A stretch of 64,000 bases of DNA from Candidatus Bathyarchaeia archaeon (GCA_035529595.1 DATKWK010000023.1:206961-270960), one strand, 5' to 3'. Counted from the first letter of the stretch, positions 28,406 to 37,891 are shown. The notes: generated by a model from the letters alone, not told the origin. Numbers and translations are program-made.

Positions 28406-30415
28406 CTAGTATAGTCTCTGGGATCTTGCATACGCAAGAATCTTTCCGGCCATTCGTCTGCTAATTGGCACTCCCAGTCCCCCATAGCCGCCCGTAATGT
28501 TAGTTTTACTAGAGCCGGGTGGACTAATCCTGATAACAGGATAGGTATAAACAGTACCGATTGACTGAGGATCTAAATCAAATCTTACTTCTACTGTCTG
28601 TAATTCATGCCTACCGTCTGGTTTCTCTACAAACATAACCGTGGTTGTGCTGTTGTCCAGCTCAATGACCTCTTGGATTAGGCAGTTTTGCCGATTAAGT
28701 GAATTTTCGATTAAAATCGACCAAACACGATCATAGAGTGATTCTAGTTGATCGGTTTCTATTCTGGCTGATCGTTCCGCTATGCCTTGCCTGATGACTA
28801 ATTGGGCTATCTCTGCAGGCGATTTTCCGCTTTCGCCTGGTGTTAAAGCACGCCCAGTGATTAAATCTTGCCTGAAAACACCATTATGCCAGGCGTCAGT
28901 AAACTCTGCCCTGCTCATTCCTGTAATAGTCGTAAGATCATCGTTTTCCATAGCGATATAATCTTCGTAATCAAGCTCATCCAAATTAATTGATCTGCCG
29001 ACATGGACACTGGTTCCGGAATGTCCCGCTAAAGAATCTCTTTTAAGAACCCAAGCTTGTCTATTATTTTCGATAGTATCGATCTCAGTATCGTTTAGAC
29101 AAAGGCTTCGGTAGCTCTCATCGCCGGGATAGAGACCGTCGTTTTGCCTCCGGAGCATGTTAGCTTGGGGAATGCATCTTTCAAGAATATTTTTTATTCC
29201 TTCAACGCCCATGTCCTTGACCGCCCGGGATAGCGAGAGATCGTGGCTAAGTTGATCATGGGCTAGAATTCTAGAGACTGTTTCCCAGACCCCAAAACGG
29301 TCTAAGTAATCTTGATTCCCAAGCATTACGTCCATTTTCTTGTCGGTTGAATAAGAATTAAAAGGATTTACTACTTGTTGTGTTGCTAGTTTTAAGAATC
29401 TCTGCCAGATAGTCTCTTTGCCATCGCTACATAATTTTTGATCGGTATCATCTTTGAAATTCTGCCATAAATCCAGATTTTCCATTGCTTCTCCGTGTAA
29501 TCGTCTGATTATGCTGACTTCTATTATTTCATCCGATTCTGTGGATTGACAAATAACTAAATAGTAGGGTTCTCTTTGAGGTAAGCTAATTTCTTTAATA
29601 TCCACGATGTCTCTTGGGTCAAAGGCAAGAGCCTGCTGATGATATCTGCCCTGATATCTTTGAGCTGTTTGATTAGCTTCAAGACCGGATAAAGAGCTTC
29701 TTTCTCTCCAGGCCAGATAACCAACTATCGGGTAATCCTTTCTACTCGTCGCCAAACGATATCGGGTGATCATTATTCTCATTATCTGCTCGTCGCTATG
29801 GGGAGCGATTTTTATTCTTTGATCTTCGGATAACTGAAGGCAGAGACCTAATATCTCTTCAACTGTTCGAAGAGCATCGGACACTATTATGTCACCCTGT
29901 GGTTCGCCGCCATTGTTTTCCATCCAGTAAGAAGCACCGCTATTTAAATCAGTATATGTATCTCCTCTCCATCGATGCTGACTTTTTGTCGGAAAAAAAG
30001 GTTGCGAGCGCATAATCTCCCGCGTCAATTGATCAACACCAGCCTCAAAGAAATTTCTTAAGTCTTCATCTTTACTCATTTTCATTAAAATAGCAGCTCG
30101 AACAAGATTGGTTGCTTGAGTATTAAGACCAAGCCCTCTTTCACTTTCTTCAGGAATGATAGTAGGTACAAGGGGGACATTAATTCGTCTGGTAACTTGG
30201 TGTGTTGTTGGATTTTCGAGGAATAGGCTTCTCTCTTGGTAATCCTGCAGAATCCGAAGCGCACCCTCTCGTCTTTTTTGGTCGGAAAGACAATGGGCAA
30301 TAAAGCGGCACATCTCTGACTGTAATTCTTGGAGAGTTAAGGATTCCAGTCTTTCCCGTTCTTGTTCAAAGACGGGGCTTTGAATTTCTAGTTCTTTTCC
30401 AGAATGCAAGACCAT
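28406..30415 (-). CDS. Large hypothetical protein (669 aa) with no recognisable motif, in an operon with the M20 peptidase
   Basis: Uninterrupted 669-codon ORF with normal local composition. It has its own promoter and leader, and stops 10 nt before the M20 start. Confidence 0.5.
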   Translation of the reverse strand: MVLHSGKELEIQSPVFEQERERLESLTLQELQSEMCRFIAHCLSDQKRREGALRILQDYQERSLFLENPTTHQVTRRINVPLVPTIIPEESERGLGLNTQATNLVRAAILMKMSKDEDLRNFFEAGVDQLTREIMRSQPFFPTKSQHRWRGDTYTDLNSGASYWMENNGGEPQGDIIVSDALRTVEEILGLCLQLSEDQRIKIAPHSDEQIMRIMITRYRLATSRKDYPIVGYLAWRERSSLSGLEANQTAQRYQGRYHQQALAFDPRDIVDIKEISLPQREPYYLVICQSTESDEIIEVSIIRRLHGEAMENLDLWQNFKDDTDQKLCSDGKETIWQRFLKLATQQVVNPFNSYSTDKKMDVMLGNQDYLDRFGVWETVSRILAHDQLSHDLSLSRAVKDMGVEGIKNILERCIPQANMLRRQNDGLYPGDESYRSLCLNDTEIDTIENNRQAWVLKRDSLAGHSGTSVHVGRSINLDELDYEDYIAMENDDLTTITGMSRAEFTDAWHNGVFRQDLITGRALTPGESGKSPAEIAQLVIRQGIAERSARIETDQLESLYDRVWSILIENSLNRQNCLIQEVIELDNSTTTVMFVEKPDGRHELQTVEVRFDLDPQSIGTVYTYPVIRISPPGSSKTNITGGYGGLGVPISRRMAGKILAYARSQRLY

Positions 30416-30426
30416 TTTTTTGAAAT

Positions 30427-30630
30427 AAAAAAACCTCCCTGATTTGGGAGGTTCCCTGTTAATACTTTTTACTTTTTAGATTTTACTTTTTATTTTCCAT
30501 TTTCCTCCCAAACCAGCGATTACCTTGCAATAAGGCTAATAATAATGCTGTTAAGGAGGGTTCTGTGCATAATAATTCCTCTTTCTATTGTTGAGCCCAT
30601 ATTATGGAAACATCACTAATAATATGTCAA
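30427..30630 (-). promoter_or_regulatory. Promoter plus attenuator-like leader upstream of the 669-aa gene
   Basis: On the - strand: TTGACA (30630-30625), 18-nt spacer, CATAAT (30606-30601); upstream UUUGGGAGG element; hairpin CCUCCC-AAAUCA-GGGAGG plus U7 (30451-30427) just before the ATG at 30415. Confidence 0.5.
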
Positions 30631-30660
30631 GAGTCAGTTTAACTGACTTTGATCCTGAAC

Positions 30661-31266
30661 TTATCCTGTTTGGGTAGACATATAGCGTTCTTGGGAAAGC
30701 ATAAACTGGGTGCCGGATTTTCGGACCTGGCCCCAATAATAGTTGCGTTTTTTGCTTTTCTGGTTACATAGTGCCAACCAATGACGCGATTCGCTAATAT
30801 TCTTGCGCATAAAAATGATAAACTCGCGTAGTTTTTCAAGAAATGTCAGGTGATAGACGCCAGGTTCCAGCGGCGCCTGCATAGCGGCAATTTTTACTTC
30901 CTTAGCCAGCTCCTGCGTCCCTTGAACTAGTTTGATTAATTCACTTCGAATGGCTTGAATTTGAAGTTTAACTTCCTCCTCCGCCTTCTTAAAAATGACT
31001 CTTTCCTGGGTGCGGATATTGGTAAAGTCCTGGCCTGACCATTTAAATTTTTCTTTTCTTTCAAAATCGGAGGCGAATTTTTCAGATGAAGATTCACTAC
31101 CGGAAAAAGAGCTTTGAGGGGAACGGCCGAACATTTGGTCAAATGAATTCTTGGTTACACCACCTAAGACGTCTTTTTTCACTGACTGACCAAATCCGGA
31201 ACCGATGTCCTTTAAAGATTCCAAAAAATTGCGTTTAATAATTTTCTTTTTCTTTATGTCGTCCAT
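30661..31266 (-). CDS. Hypothetical protein
   Basis: 201-aa ORF with a Lys-rich N-terminus; no motif recognised. Confidence 0.4.
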   Translation of the reverse strand: MDDIKKKKIIKRNFLESLKDIGSGFGQSVKKDVLGGVTKNSFDQMFGRSPQSSFSGSESSSEKFASDFERKEKFKWSGQDFTNIRTQERVIFKKAEEEVKLQIQAIRSELIKLVQGTQELAKEVKIAAMQAPLEPGVYHLTFLEKLREFIIFMRKNISESRHWLALCNQKSKKRNYYWGQVRKSGTQFMLSQERYMSTQTG

Positions 31267-31308
31267 TTTTGAAGCCTTAAGTCAGCTTTAAATTTGTGAC
31301 CTATAATA

Positions 31309-32223
31309 CTATATTTTGGACAGGATGTCAATAGCTTTTCTCTTCCGTAAAATCTGTCTGATGTAAGCTTTTTCGGTGGCAGTTTGGAAATTTTTTTGGA
31401 TCTTTTCGTTACCGGTAGCCTTAATCATCTCATCAACTTCCTGATCACTGACTTGGATATTTTCTCGATTGGCAATTTCGGAGAGAATCAATTCCAGCTT
31501 AAGTGATTCTTCCGCCTGCGTACGATATTCTCCTTTTAATTGTTCCAGAGTTTTGCCGATCGAAGCTAAATACTGTTCAACGGTAATTCCTAAGCGCGCC
31601 GTTTGATCAATCAGTCGCGAAAGCATTCGGGTAATTTCCTGCTCGAGTAAGATTTCCGGTAAGCTGATATTCACCGTTTTTATTAAAATAGAAAAAATCC
31701 GGGAAAGCTTTTTATCATCAGGCTGACCTTCTTTTTTGTCAACATTCGGATCTTTTCCCGGAACCCAGATCTTCTCAGGCGCTAAGGTCTTTCTGATTTC
31801 TTCTTTATAATCTTTCAGTTCAACCGGGGGTAATTCGGCTACAATCGCCTTCAAGGTCCAGTCTTGTCCTTCTTTGGAGTCAATCAGATTAAACTTGGGG
31901 TTAACCACCGGACTCAGTTTGTGAGTTTTAATTGCTTCCAGATAGACATCAGTCAATAAGTTCTTGATCATTTCCTGATAGATCTTACTCTTGCCGATTG
32001 TCTTTTCAACCAGTTTTTCCGGTGCTTTCCCCGGTCGAAAACCTTTAATTTTGGCGTCTTTAGTAAATTGTCCAAGAGTGATGTTGTAGCTTTCAGCAAC
32101 AGCATCCCAGGGGATAGTAATGGTGATTTCAACATTGCCGTTTTTAAGGCGTTCGACTTTGCTCTGGGAAAGGGATTTAGTCGCTGTTTTCTGCGGTTTT
32201 TCTCCCTGGTTGTCTTTTTTCAT
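31309..32223 (-). CDS. tig: Trigger-factor-like chaperone (short form)
   Basis: N-terminal ribosome-binding signature GFRPGKAP and a TF-like C-terminal arm; shorter than canonical TF, and the PPIase domain is not obvious. Confidence 0.5.
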   Translation of the reverse strand: MKKDNQGEKPQKTATKSLSQSKVERLKNGNVEITITIPWDAVAESYNITLGQFTKDAKIKGFRPGKAPEKLVEKTIGKSKIYQEMIKNLLTDVYLEAIKTHKLSPVVNPKFNLIDSKEGQDWTLKAIVAELPPVELKDYKEEIRKTLAPEKIWVPGKDPNVDKKEGQPDDKKLSRIFSILIKTVNISLPEILLEQEITRMLSRLIDQTARLGITVEQYLASIGKTLEQLKGEYRTQAEESLKLELILSEIANRENIQVSDQEVDEMIKATGNEKIQKNFQTATEKAYIRQILRKRKAIDILSKI

Positions 32224-32256
32224 TGGCGGAAGTATAACACTTTGAAGACAAAAATA

Positions 32257-33408
32257 TCAAATTGAAACTTCCGAAATTTCTATTTTCTCAATTATTGATT
32301 TAAGTAGTTTTTCGACGTTGAATTTTTGCTCCTCTCGTCTGATATCTTCGATTTTTGTTTTTGTAGCCGGATGCTTGGGAATAAAAAGAGAACAGCAATC
32401 TTGCTGGGGTTGAATCGAGATGGGATAGGTACCGATTTTTTCGCCGAGATTGATTATCTCCTGCTTATCATGGCCAATAAGAGGTCGGTATATCGGTAGG
32501 TTAATACCAGCGCTAATAGTAGCCATGTTTTCCAGTGTTTGACTGGCAACCTGCCCGAGGCTTTCCCCGGTAACCAGACCCAAATATTTTTCTTTACCAG
32601 CAATTGCTTGGGCAACCTTAAGCATTGCTCGTCGATAAACAACGACCAAAAAACGGTGGTCAATCTTTTTAAAAGCTTCCTCTTGGAAGTTTAAAAAGGG
32701 CGCTAAGTAAAGTTTTGACCTGAATTGGAAATTATTCAGATGCTTGATAATTTGCCTGGTTTTTTCAATTGAGACTTGATTGGTCCTTGGATAACTATGA
32801 AAGTGAATAAAGTGAACTAAAGCGCCTCTTTTAATCATCTGGTAAGCAGCTACCGGTGAATCAATTCCTCCGGAGATCAAACACAAAAGTAAACCGGCTG
32901 TCCCAACGGGTAATCCTCCGGGGCCTTGATTTTTAGCAAAATAAACAAAGGCCTTTTTAGAACCAATCTCGATATTGATATCCAATTCAGGTTGATTTAA
33001 GTTAACCTTAACGCCCATGTTATCAACTATCAATTGACCGATTATTTGATTAATTAAGGGACTGGTCAACTTAAAATTTTTATCAGACCGGCGGGCGCTA
33101 ATCTTGAAGGAAGCAAATTTTTTCTTTTTAATTAACCGAAGGACATCTTTTTTAATCCTTGCCATATCTTTGCTAATCTGCCAAGCAAGCGAAAAATTGG
33201 CGATGCCTAAAACTTGATTAAGTATCGGCTTCAGCCTGGTGAATTCGTTTTCATTATCAAGGATAATAACCAGGCGGCCAAAATCGCAGGTTACTTTATT
33301 CTCCTTGGTAAATTTCCTGATGTTTTCGGTCAGTACTTTTTCAAAAAAAGGCCGGTTTTTACCCTTAAGGGAAATTTCGTGATAATGAATAATAACAACC
33401 GGGGTCAT
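32257..33408 (-). CDS. thiI: tRNA 4-thiouridine synthase ThiI-like (THUMP plus PP-loop ATPase)
   Basis: N-terminal YHEISLKGKNR and PP-loop SGGIDSPVAAY. Confidence 0.7.
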   Translation of the reverse strand: MTPVVIIHYHEISLKGKNRPFFEKVLTENIRKFTKENKVTCDFGRLVIILDNENEFTRLKPILNQVLGIANFSLAWQISKDMARIKKDVLRLIKKKKFASFKISARRSDKNFKLTSPLINQIIGQLIVDNMGVKVNLNQPELDINIEIGSKKAFVYFAKNQGPGGLPVGTAGLLLCLISGGIDSPVAAYQMIKRGALVHFIHFHSYPRTNQVSIEKTRQIIKHLNNFQFRSKLYLAPFLNFQEEAFKKIDHRFLVVVYRRAMLKVAQAIAGKEKYLGLVTGESLGQVASQTLENMATISAGINLPIYRPLIGHDKQEIINLGEKIGTYPISIQPQQDCCSLFIPKHPATKTKIEDIRREEQKFNVEKLLKSIIEKIEISEVSI

Positions 33409-33658
33409 GCGTCGGGTTAATAATTGATAGCTGGATGGTTTTTAAGCGCGGTGTTGGGTAACCGGAATTTTTCTTCTTTGGTCAATTGCCGGATTTCTGC
33501 GTTGGAGGTTACGTCTAAATGCATTCGGATTTTGATACTTAGTCGGACCTTTCTTTGACGCACTCTTTTTTTCAGTCATGACGATAATATTTTAACACAA
33601 TCTGAAACGGGTTTGTCAACTTGGATTGATATATTCCGGGTGGATGAGGGCCCACTTC

Positions 33659-34108
33659 TCAAGTTTCGCCTTCGGATTTATAAGATTCCCCGGCGTTGAA
33701 AAGACTGATTAAGTCCGGCTCCTCAAAAATATTACCGATTTTTTTTACTGAAGAAAGTCTTAATGCCGTTAAGGGAGTTTTTGTCACTTCTTCGATAAAT
33801 TGACCTCTCTCTTTGTCCCAGCGTATCAAGCCAAGCCATTTCCGGCCGGTAAAAAAATCATATTCTTCAATTATATCTCCATCATAAAGCGGGTCATTTT
33901 GCCGATCATACCTTTCGGCAAAGCGAATTGTTTTCAAATCCTCGTCCATTTCTGCTTTGATTCTTTTTTTCGTTACACCGTAAGGATAGGTAGAGACGGT
34001 CTTATCGAGGTATTCTAAAATTACATATCTTTTTTCGTTGTCACGGACGATCACGTCGCAAATCTGTCTGAGTTGTCGATGATAAACTTTGTAACGTATC
34101 ATATGCAT
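33659..34108 (-). CDS. Hypothetical protein
   Basis: 149-aa ORF; no motif recognised. Confidence 0.35.
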   Translation of the reverse strand: MHMIRYKVYHRQLRQICDVIVRDNEKRYVILEYLDKTVSTYPYGVTKKRIKAEMDEDLKTIRFAERYDRQNDPLYDGDIIEEYDFFTGRKWLGLIRWDKERGQFIEEVTKTPLTALRLSSVKKIGNIFEEPDLISLFNAGESYKSEGET

Positions 34109-34261
34109 TGTTTTACTCCCACAACATGTCCTGAAAATAATTATTCGTCTGGAATTAAAAGAACATTAATATACCAAATGTAAATTAACTTTTCAAGAGG
34201 TAAATTAAAGAAGTTCATTATAACGGGTATCGATTACAACGGAAAAAATTCTGATTATTCT

Positions 34262-35155
34262 TCAGAGGTAACCTTTTAAAAAAGATACCCAAAGATCGGC
34301 AATATTACGACTATACCCGCCGGCGAACATGATTGCTAATTTGGAAAAATTTTTAAATCTGGCGCCGATCTTCCTAAAAGAGTCAATTTCCAGCTTAATG
34401 TGAGCCAAAGGGTCTTTCTTATAGGTATCGACACCGAGAACGAGCACAATTAAATTAGGATAGTATTTACTAGCCAGAGGAATAACCAGGTCAAGAGCCT
34501 TCAAATACTTTTTTTCTCCGGTCCCGGGCGATAAAATAGCATTGAGGTTATAGCCTTCACCTACTCCGACGCCTTTTTCTTCAGCATAGCCAATTCCCGG
34601 ATAGGTGGTTGACGGATCTTGATGAAGGGAAATAGTAAAAACCGTCGCTTCATTGTAAAAAATTTCCTGAGTGCCTTGTCCTGCATGAACATCCAAATCA
34701 TAAATCATTGCCTTTTTAATTTTACCTTCTTTTTGGAGCTTGCGCACAGCAATAGCGTGATCGTTAAAAATACAGAAACCGGAACTACTGTAAATTCCGG
34801 CATGATGAAAACCGCCCATCAGATTAATCACTTTTTCTCCATCGAGGGCAAGCTCTGTGGTTTTAATCGAGCCGCCGACTGAGAAATAAGCCGCTTCGAG
34901 AATTTCGTTGTTAAGAGGAGTATCCGCTGATAAGAAACTACTCGCCGCAGCTAGTTTTTTGACTTTTTGCAAGTAATGGATATCATGAACAAGAAGAATG
35001 TCCTTGTCCCTTGCCTTTGGCGGTACGATAACTTCGTATTTGATACCTAATCTTTTTAACTTATCAAAAAAAACCAGGCTTCTTTCTGATTTCCAAGGAT
35101 GGTTTGGGCCAAAATCATATTTTAAATATTTTTCATGAAAGACTAATTTAAGCAT
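34262..35155 (-). CDS. Histone-deacetylase-family (arginase/deacetylase fold; AcuC/acetylpolyamine-amidohydrolase-like) protein
   Basis: GGFHHAG...GFCIFNDHAIA catalytic signature. The start is moved to the internal Met (MLKLVFHEKY) so it does not overlap the upstream PRTase gene. Confidence 0.65.
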   Translation of the reverse strand: MLKLVFHEKYLKYDFGPNHPWKSERSLVFFDKLKRLGIKYEVIVPPKARDKDILLVHDIHYLQKVKKLAAASSFLSADTPLNNEILEAAYFSVGGSIKTTELALDGEKVINLMGGFHHAGIYSSSGFCIFNDHAIAVRKLQKEGKIKKAMIYDLDVHAGQGTQEIFYNEATVFTISLHQDPSTTYPGIGYAEEKGVGVGEGYNLNAILSPGTGEKKYLKALDLVIPLASKYYPNLIVLVLGVDTYKKDPLAHIKLEIDSFRKIGARFKNFSKLAIMFAGGYSRNIADLWVSFLKGYL

Positions 35156-35166
35156 CTTGGCGTTTT

Positions 35167-35817
35167 TTAAAAGCGGGCTATTAAAAGCGGATTGACTTCC
35201 TTGTCTTCGATAGTATGCCATTTTTGGTACGAAGCAGCGATTTTGAACGGATAGTGTTCGGGGTGGGTATAAAGGCAAACCGCTTCTTCAATCTCATTTT
35301 TAACCAAATTGAGACCGCGGTGGGAAGCAGCAGGAATAGCCACAATGATTTTTTTCGGACCTCTTTTTTTGATCGCTCTAATAGCCACCAGCATGGTGTA
35401 ACCGGTAGCCAAACCATCATCAACAATGAGCGCGGTTTTAAAAAATAAATTTACGGGTAGCCGGTTTTGGATAATCGCCTCTTTTCTTTTTTTTAGAAGG
35501 GAAAATGCCTCTTTGATAATTAATTCTGTTTCTTTGGAATTTAAGCTAAGATTTTTGATTGCCTCTTGATTTAATAGGATAGTGCCGTCAAAACTTACCG
35601 CGCCAAAGCCGAACTCGGGTTTACCCGGATAATGGAGCTTATGCACCAGCAGAATATCAAGTGGGCAACTGTATTTCTTGACGATTTCGGCGGCTATCGG
35701 GACTCCGCCATTAAGAATAGGAAGAACTACCAAGCGCTCTTGGCTTAAAAAAGTTAGTTTTTCCGCTAGCCTATTTCCCGCGTCGGTTCGGTCAATGAAA
35801 AAAGGATACTGGTCCAT
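35167..35817 (-). CDS. Phosphoribosyltransferase-domain protein (type I PRTase fold)
   Basis: ALIVDDGLATGYTM PRPP-binding motif. Confidence 0.65.
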   Translation of the reverse strand: MDQYPFFIDRTDAGNRLAEKLTFLSQERLVVLPILNGGVPIAAEIVKKYSCPLDILLVHKLHYPGKPEFGFGAVSFDGTILLNQEAIKNLSLNSKETELIIKEAFSLLKKRKEAIIQNRLPVNLFFKTALIVDDGLATGYTMLVAIRAIKKRGPKKIIVAIPAASHRGLNLVKNEIEEAVCLYTHPEHYPFKIAASYQKWHTIEDKEVNPLLIARF

Positions 35818-35825
35818 TTGTTAAA

Positions 35826-36221
35826 TTAAGGCAGCTTTAGCTCTTGGCTGATTTCTTCCGATTCCAGGTCAAGTTGAGACAGATCCGTTTCCTTCAGATC
35901 ATTTTCGATAACTGATATTTCGTCAGATTCCGCTTCGGGTTGTTGCTGGTCATTAACCTGAATTATAGTCGGAGTTGGAGTATTCACCGGGGGTACCGGC
36001 CGGTAGAAATCTTGGCTCGTTTTATGTCTTAATTTTTGATTAGAGGACCAGAGAAAAAGCGTTATTATCAGCGAGATTAATCCGACTAAAAAGAAAAGGT
36101 ACCAAAAGTTATCAAAAGAGCTACCTTTTTTTTGTTCTATCGCCGGATTTGAAGTCTTGATGGCGCTTGATTTTTCTTGATAATCTTCGATTACGCTTTC
36201 TACTTTGATCTGCGGTTCCAT
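35826..36221 (-). CDS. Hypothetical single-pass membrane protein
   Basis: 131 aa with a central TM; no motif recognised. Confidence 0.35.
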   Translation of the reverse strand: MEPQIKVESVIEDYQEKSSAIKTSNPAIEQKKGSSFDNFWYLFFLVGLISLIITLFLWSSNQKLRHKTSQDFYRPVPPVNTPTPTIIQVNDQQQPEAESDEISVIENDLKETDLSQLDLESEEISQELKLP

Positions 36222-36224
36222 AGT

Positions 36225-36947
36225 TTATTCACTTTCTGTGCTTGGATTGACTGTTTCCAACAAACTTTTTAGGTCTTGAACAATTTCCATTAATAACTGC
36301 CTGATTTCAATCAGATTATTTTTTACTTCCTTCAGCAAGTCAACGACTAAAGCAAAATCTTCTTCAGGTTTTTCACTTTTTAGAATTATATCCAAACTGG
36401 CCTTTGTTTTCTGAATGGCGTTCTCAAGTTCAATAATTTTTTCCCGGGCTAGGTTAATTCTTTCTCTAATCTCTCCGGTATTGGCATTTGGATTGTTGTC
36501 TTCGATTTTAACCAGCCTTGACTCAATTTTTAAAAGTATGTTTCTGATTTTAAGAGTGGCGTGCTCGAACCTGTCGATCATTTTGTTAAACAGTTTCTCG
36601 ATTTTGATTCTGGTTTTTTCAGCAATCTTCTTCTGGAAGGCTTCTCTTGATTGAATCTTTTTTTCGAGCGAAGTCACTCTTGTTTCCAGTCTATGTCTGA
36701 ATTCGTTCATCGAATCCAGGTTTACCGAAGTGCTGACGGCAGTGTCTTTCGACTGGAAGACAGAAGGAGTCGCAGTAAAAGTAATTTCATCTTGAAATGT
36801 TTTTTTTGAGATAGTAGAAAGAGTTGCTTCCTGCTTATCTTTTGCTTGGCAGGAACAGTCGGTTAACAAAGAAAATTTAAAGCCGGTCAGCTTGCTTAAT
36901 ACCAAAGACAGACATAAGACTATAAATAAATATTTCCGTTTTTTCAT
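36225..36947 (-). CDS. Hypothetical secreted/lipoprotein-like coiled-coil protein
   Basis: Signal peptide with a Cys after the hydrophobic core; heptad-rich. Confidence 0.4.
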   Translation of the reverse strand: MKKRKYLFIVLCLSLVLSKLTGFKFSLLTDCSCQAKDKQEATLSTISKKTFQDEITFTATPSVFQSKDTAVSTSVNLDSMNEFRHRLETRVTSLEKKIQSREAFQKKIAEKTRIKIEKLFNKMIDRFEHATLKIRNILLKIESRLVKIEDNNPNANTGEIRERINLAREKIIELENAIQKTKASLDIILKSEKPEEDFALVVDLLKEVKNNLIEIRQLLMEIVQDLKSLLETVNPSTESE

Positions 36948-36992
36948 TAGAAAATAATCTATTTTTCTAATTCTAACCGAATGATCAATGTT

Positions 36993-37664
36993 TTATAACT
37001 TAATGTAAGTTTCAATAGCCGCTTTTTTTCTCAAGTCTGAAAAAAGACTACTGTAAATTTCATTCATCTTTTGACTTGTTAACATTTGGCGGGCTTCTAA
37101 AGCCAGATCTGCCTCGGTTGTCGCCTCCATCTGGAGGCTGTTTTGTTGAATATAGGCTGCTACTTCCTGGTCGGTGATGGCAACTTTTTTCTTCAAGATC
37201 TTCTCGATTATTAACTGAAGTTTTACACGATAGATAAATTGGTCGTATGAAAGAAATTGTTTTTCTAATTCCTCCATAAGTTTAGTGCGCCCGTCAAACT
37301 CCGTTTCTACGCGTTCGATTTCTGAATCGACCTCTTCCTGACTTACCGATATCTCAAGACTTGAAGCTTCATCTTCGATCAGTTTTTCATTAACAATCTC
37401 GTCAAGAGACCGGGCCAGGTAATTTTGGTAAATACGTATGGCCAAGTCCCAGCTGTAAATCGGATTTCCATTTACGGTAGAAACGACAACTAGCCCCTTG
37501 AATTTAAGCCCTAAAGTAAAAGCGATTAAAATTAACAAAATAAGAAGAATCAAACCTAATGATCTGAAGTGTCTCTTTTTGCTGACGGATTTTTCAAGAC
37601 TAACTTCTAAATTGTTATCTTTCTTAACTGACTTAAGCCGGGTTGTTTTTTTTGTTTCGGGCAT
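36993..37664 (-). CDS. Hypothetical membrane-anchored protein (SurA-N-like chaperone fold possible)
   Basis: N-terminal TM then a region reminiscent of the SurA/PpiD N-domain. Weak call. Confidence 0.3.
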   Translation of the reverse strand: MPETKKTTRLKSVKKDNNLEVSLEKSVSKKRHFRSLGLILLILLILIAFTLGLKFKGLVVVSTVNGNPIYSWDLAIRIYQNYLARSLDEIVNEKLIEDEASSLEISVSQEEVDSEIERVETEFDGRTKLMEELEKQFLSYDQFIYRVKLQLIIEKILKKKVAITDQEVAAYIQQNSLQMEATTEADLALEARQMLTSQKMNEIYSSLFSDLRKKAAIETYIKL

Positions 37665-37891
37665 GGTTATGTTTATTTAATAATAATTGGTCTTCACTAT
37701 AACAAGAGCTTTAATGAAAAGAAATAGGTAAATATAAAGTGTAATTTAACAGCAGTTAATTAGATTGCCCTTTTTGATTTATTTATATTCTTCTATTTAA
37801 ATTGATCCGGCTGAGACCGGTAACGGTTTTAATTGAAAAACTAAGCACGGGCTAGATTTTCTTTTTTCAGCCAGCGATCAAATAAAGCAAA

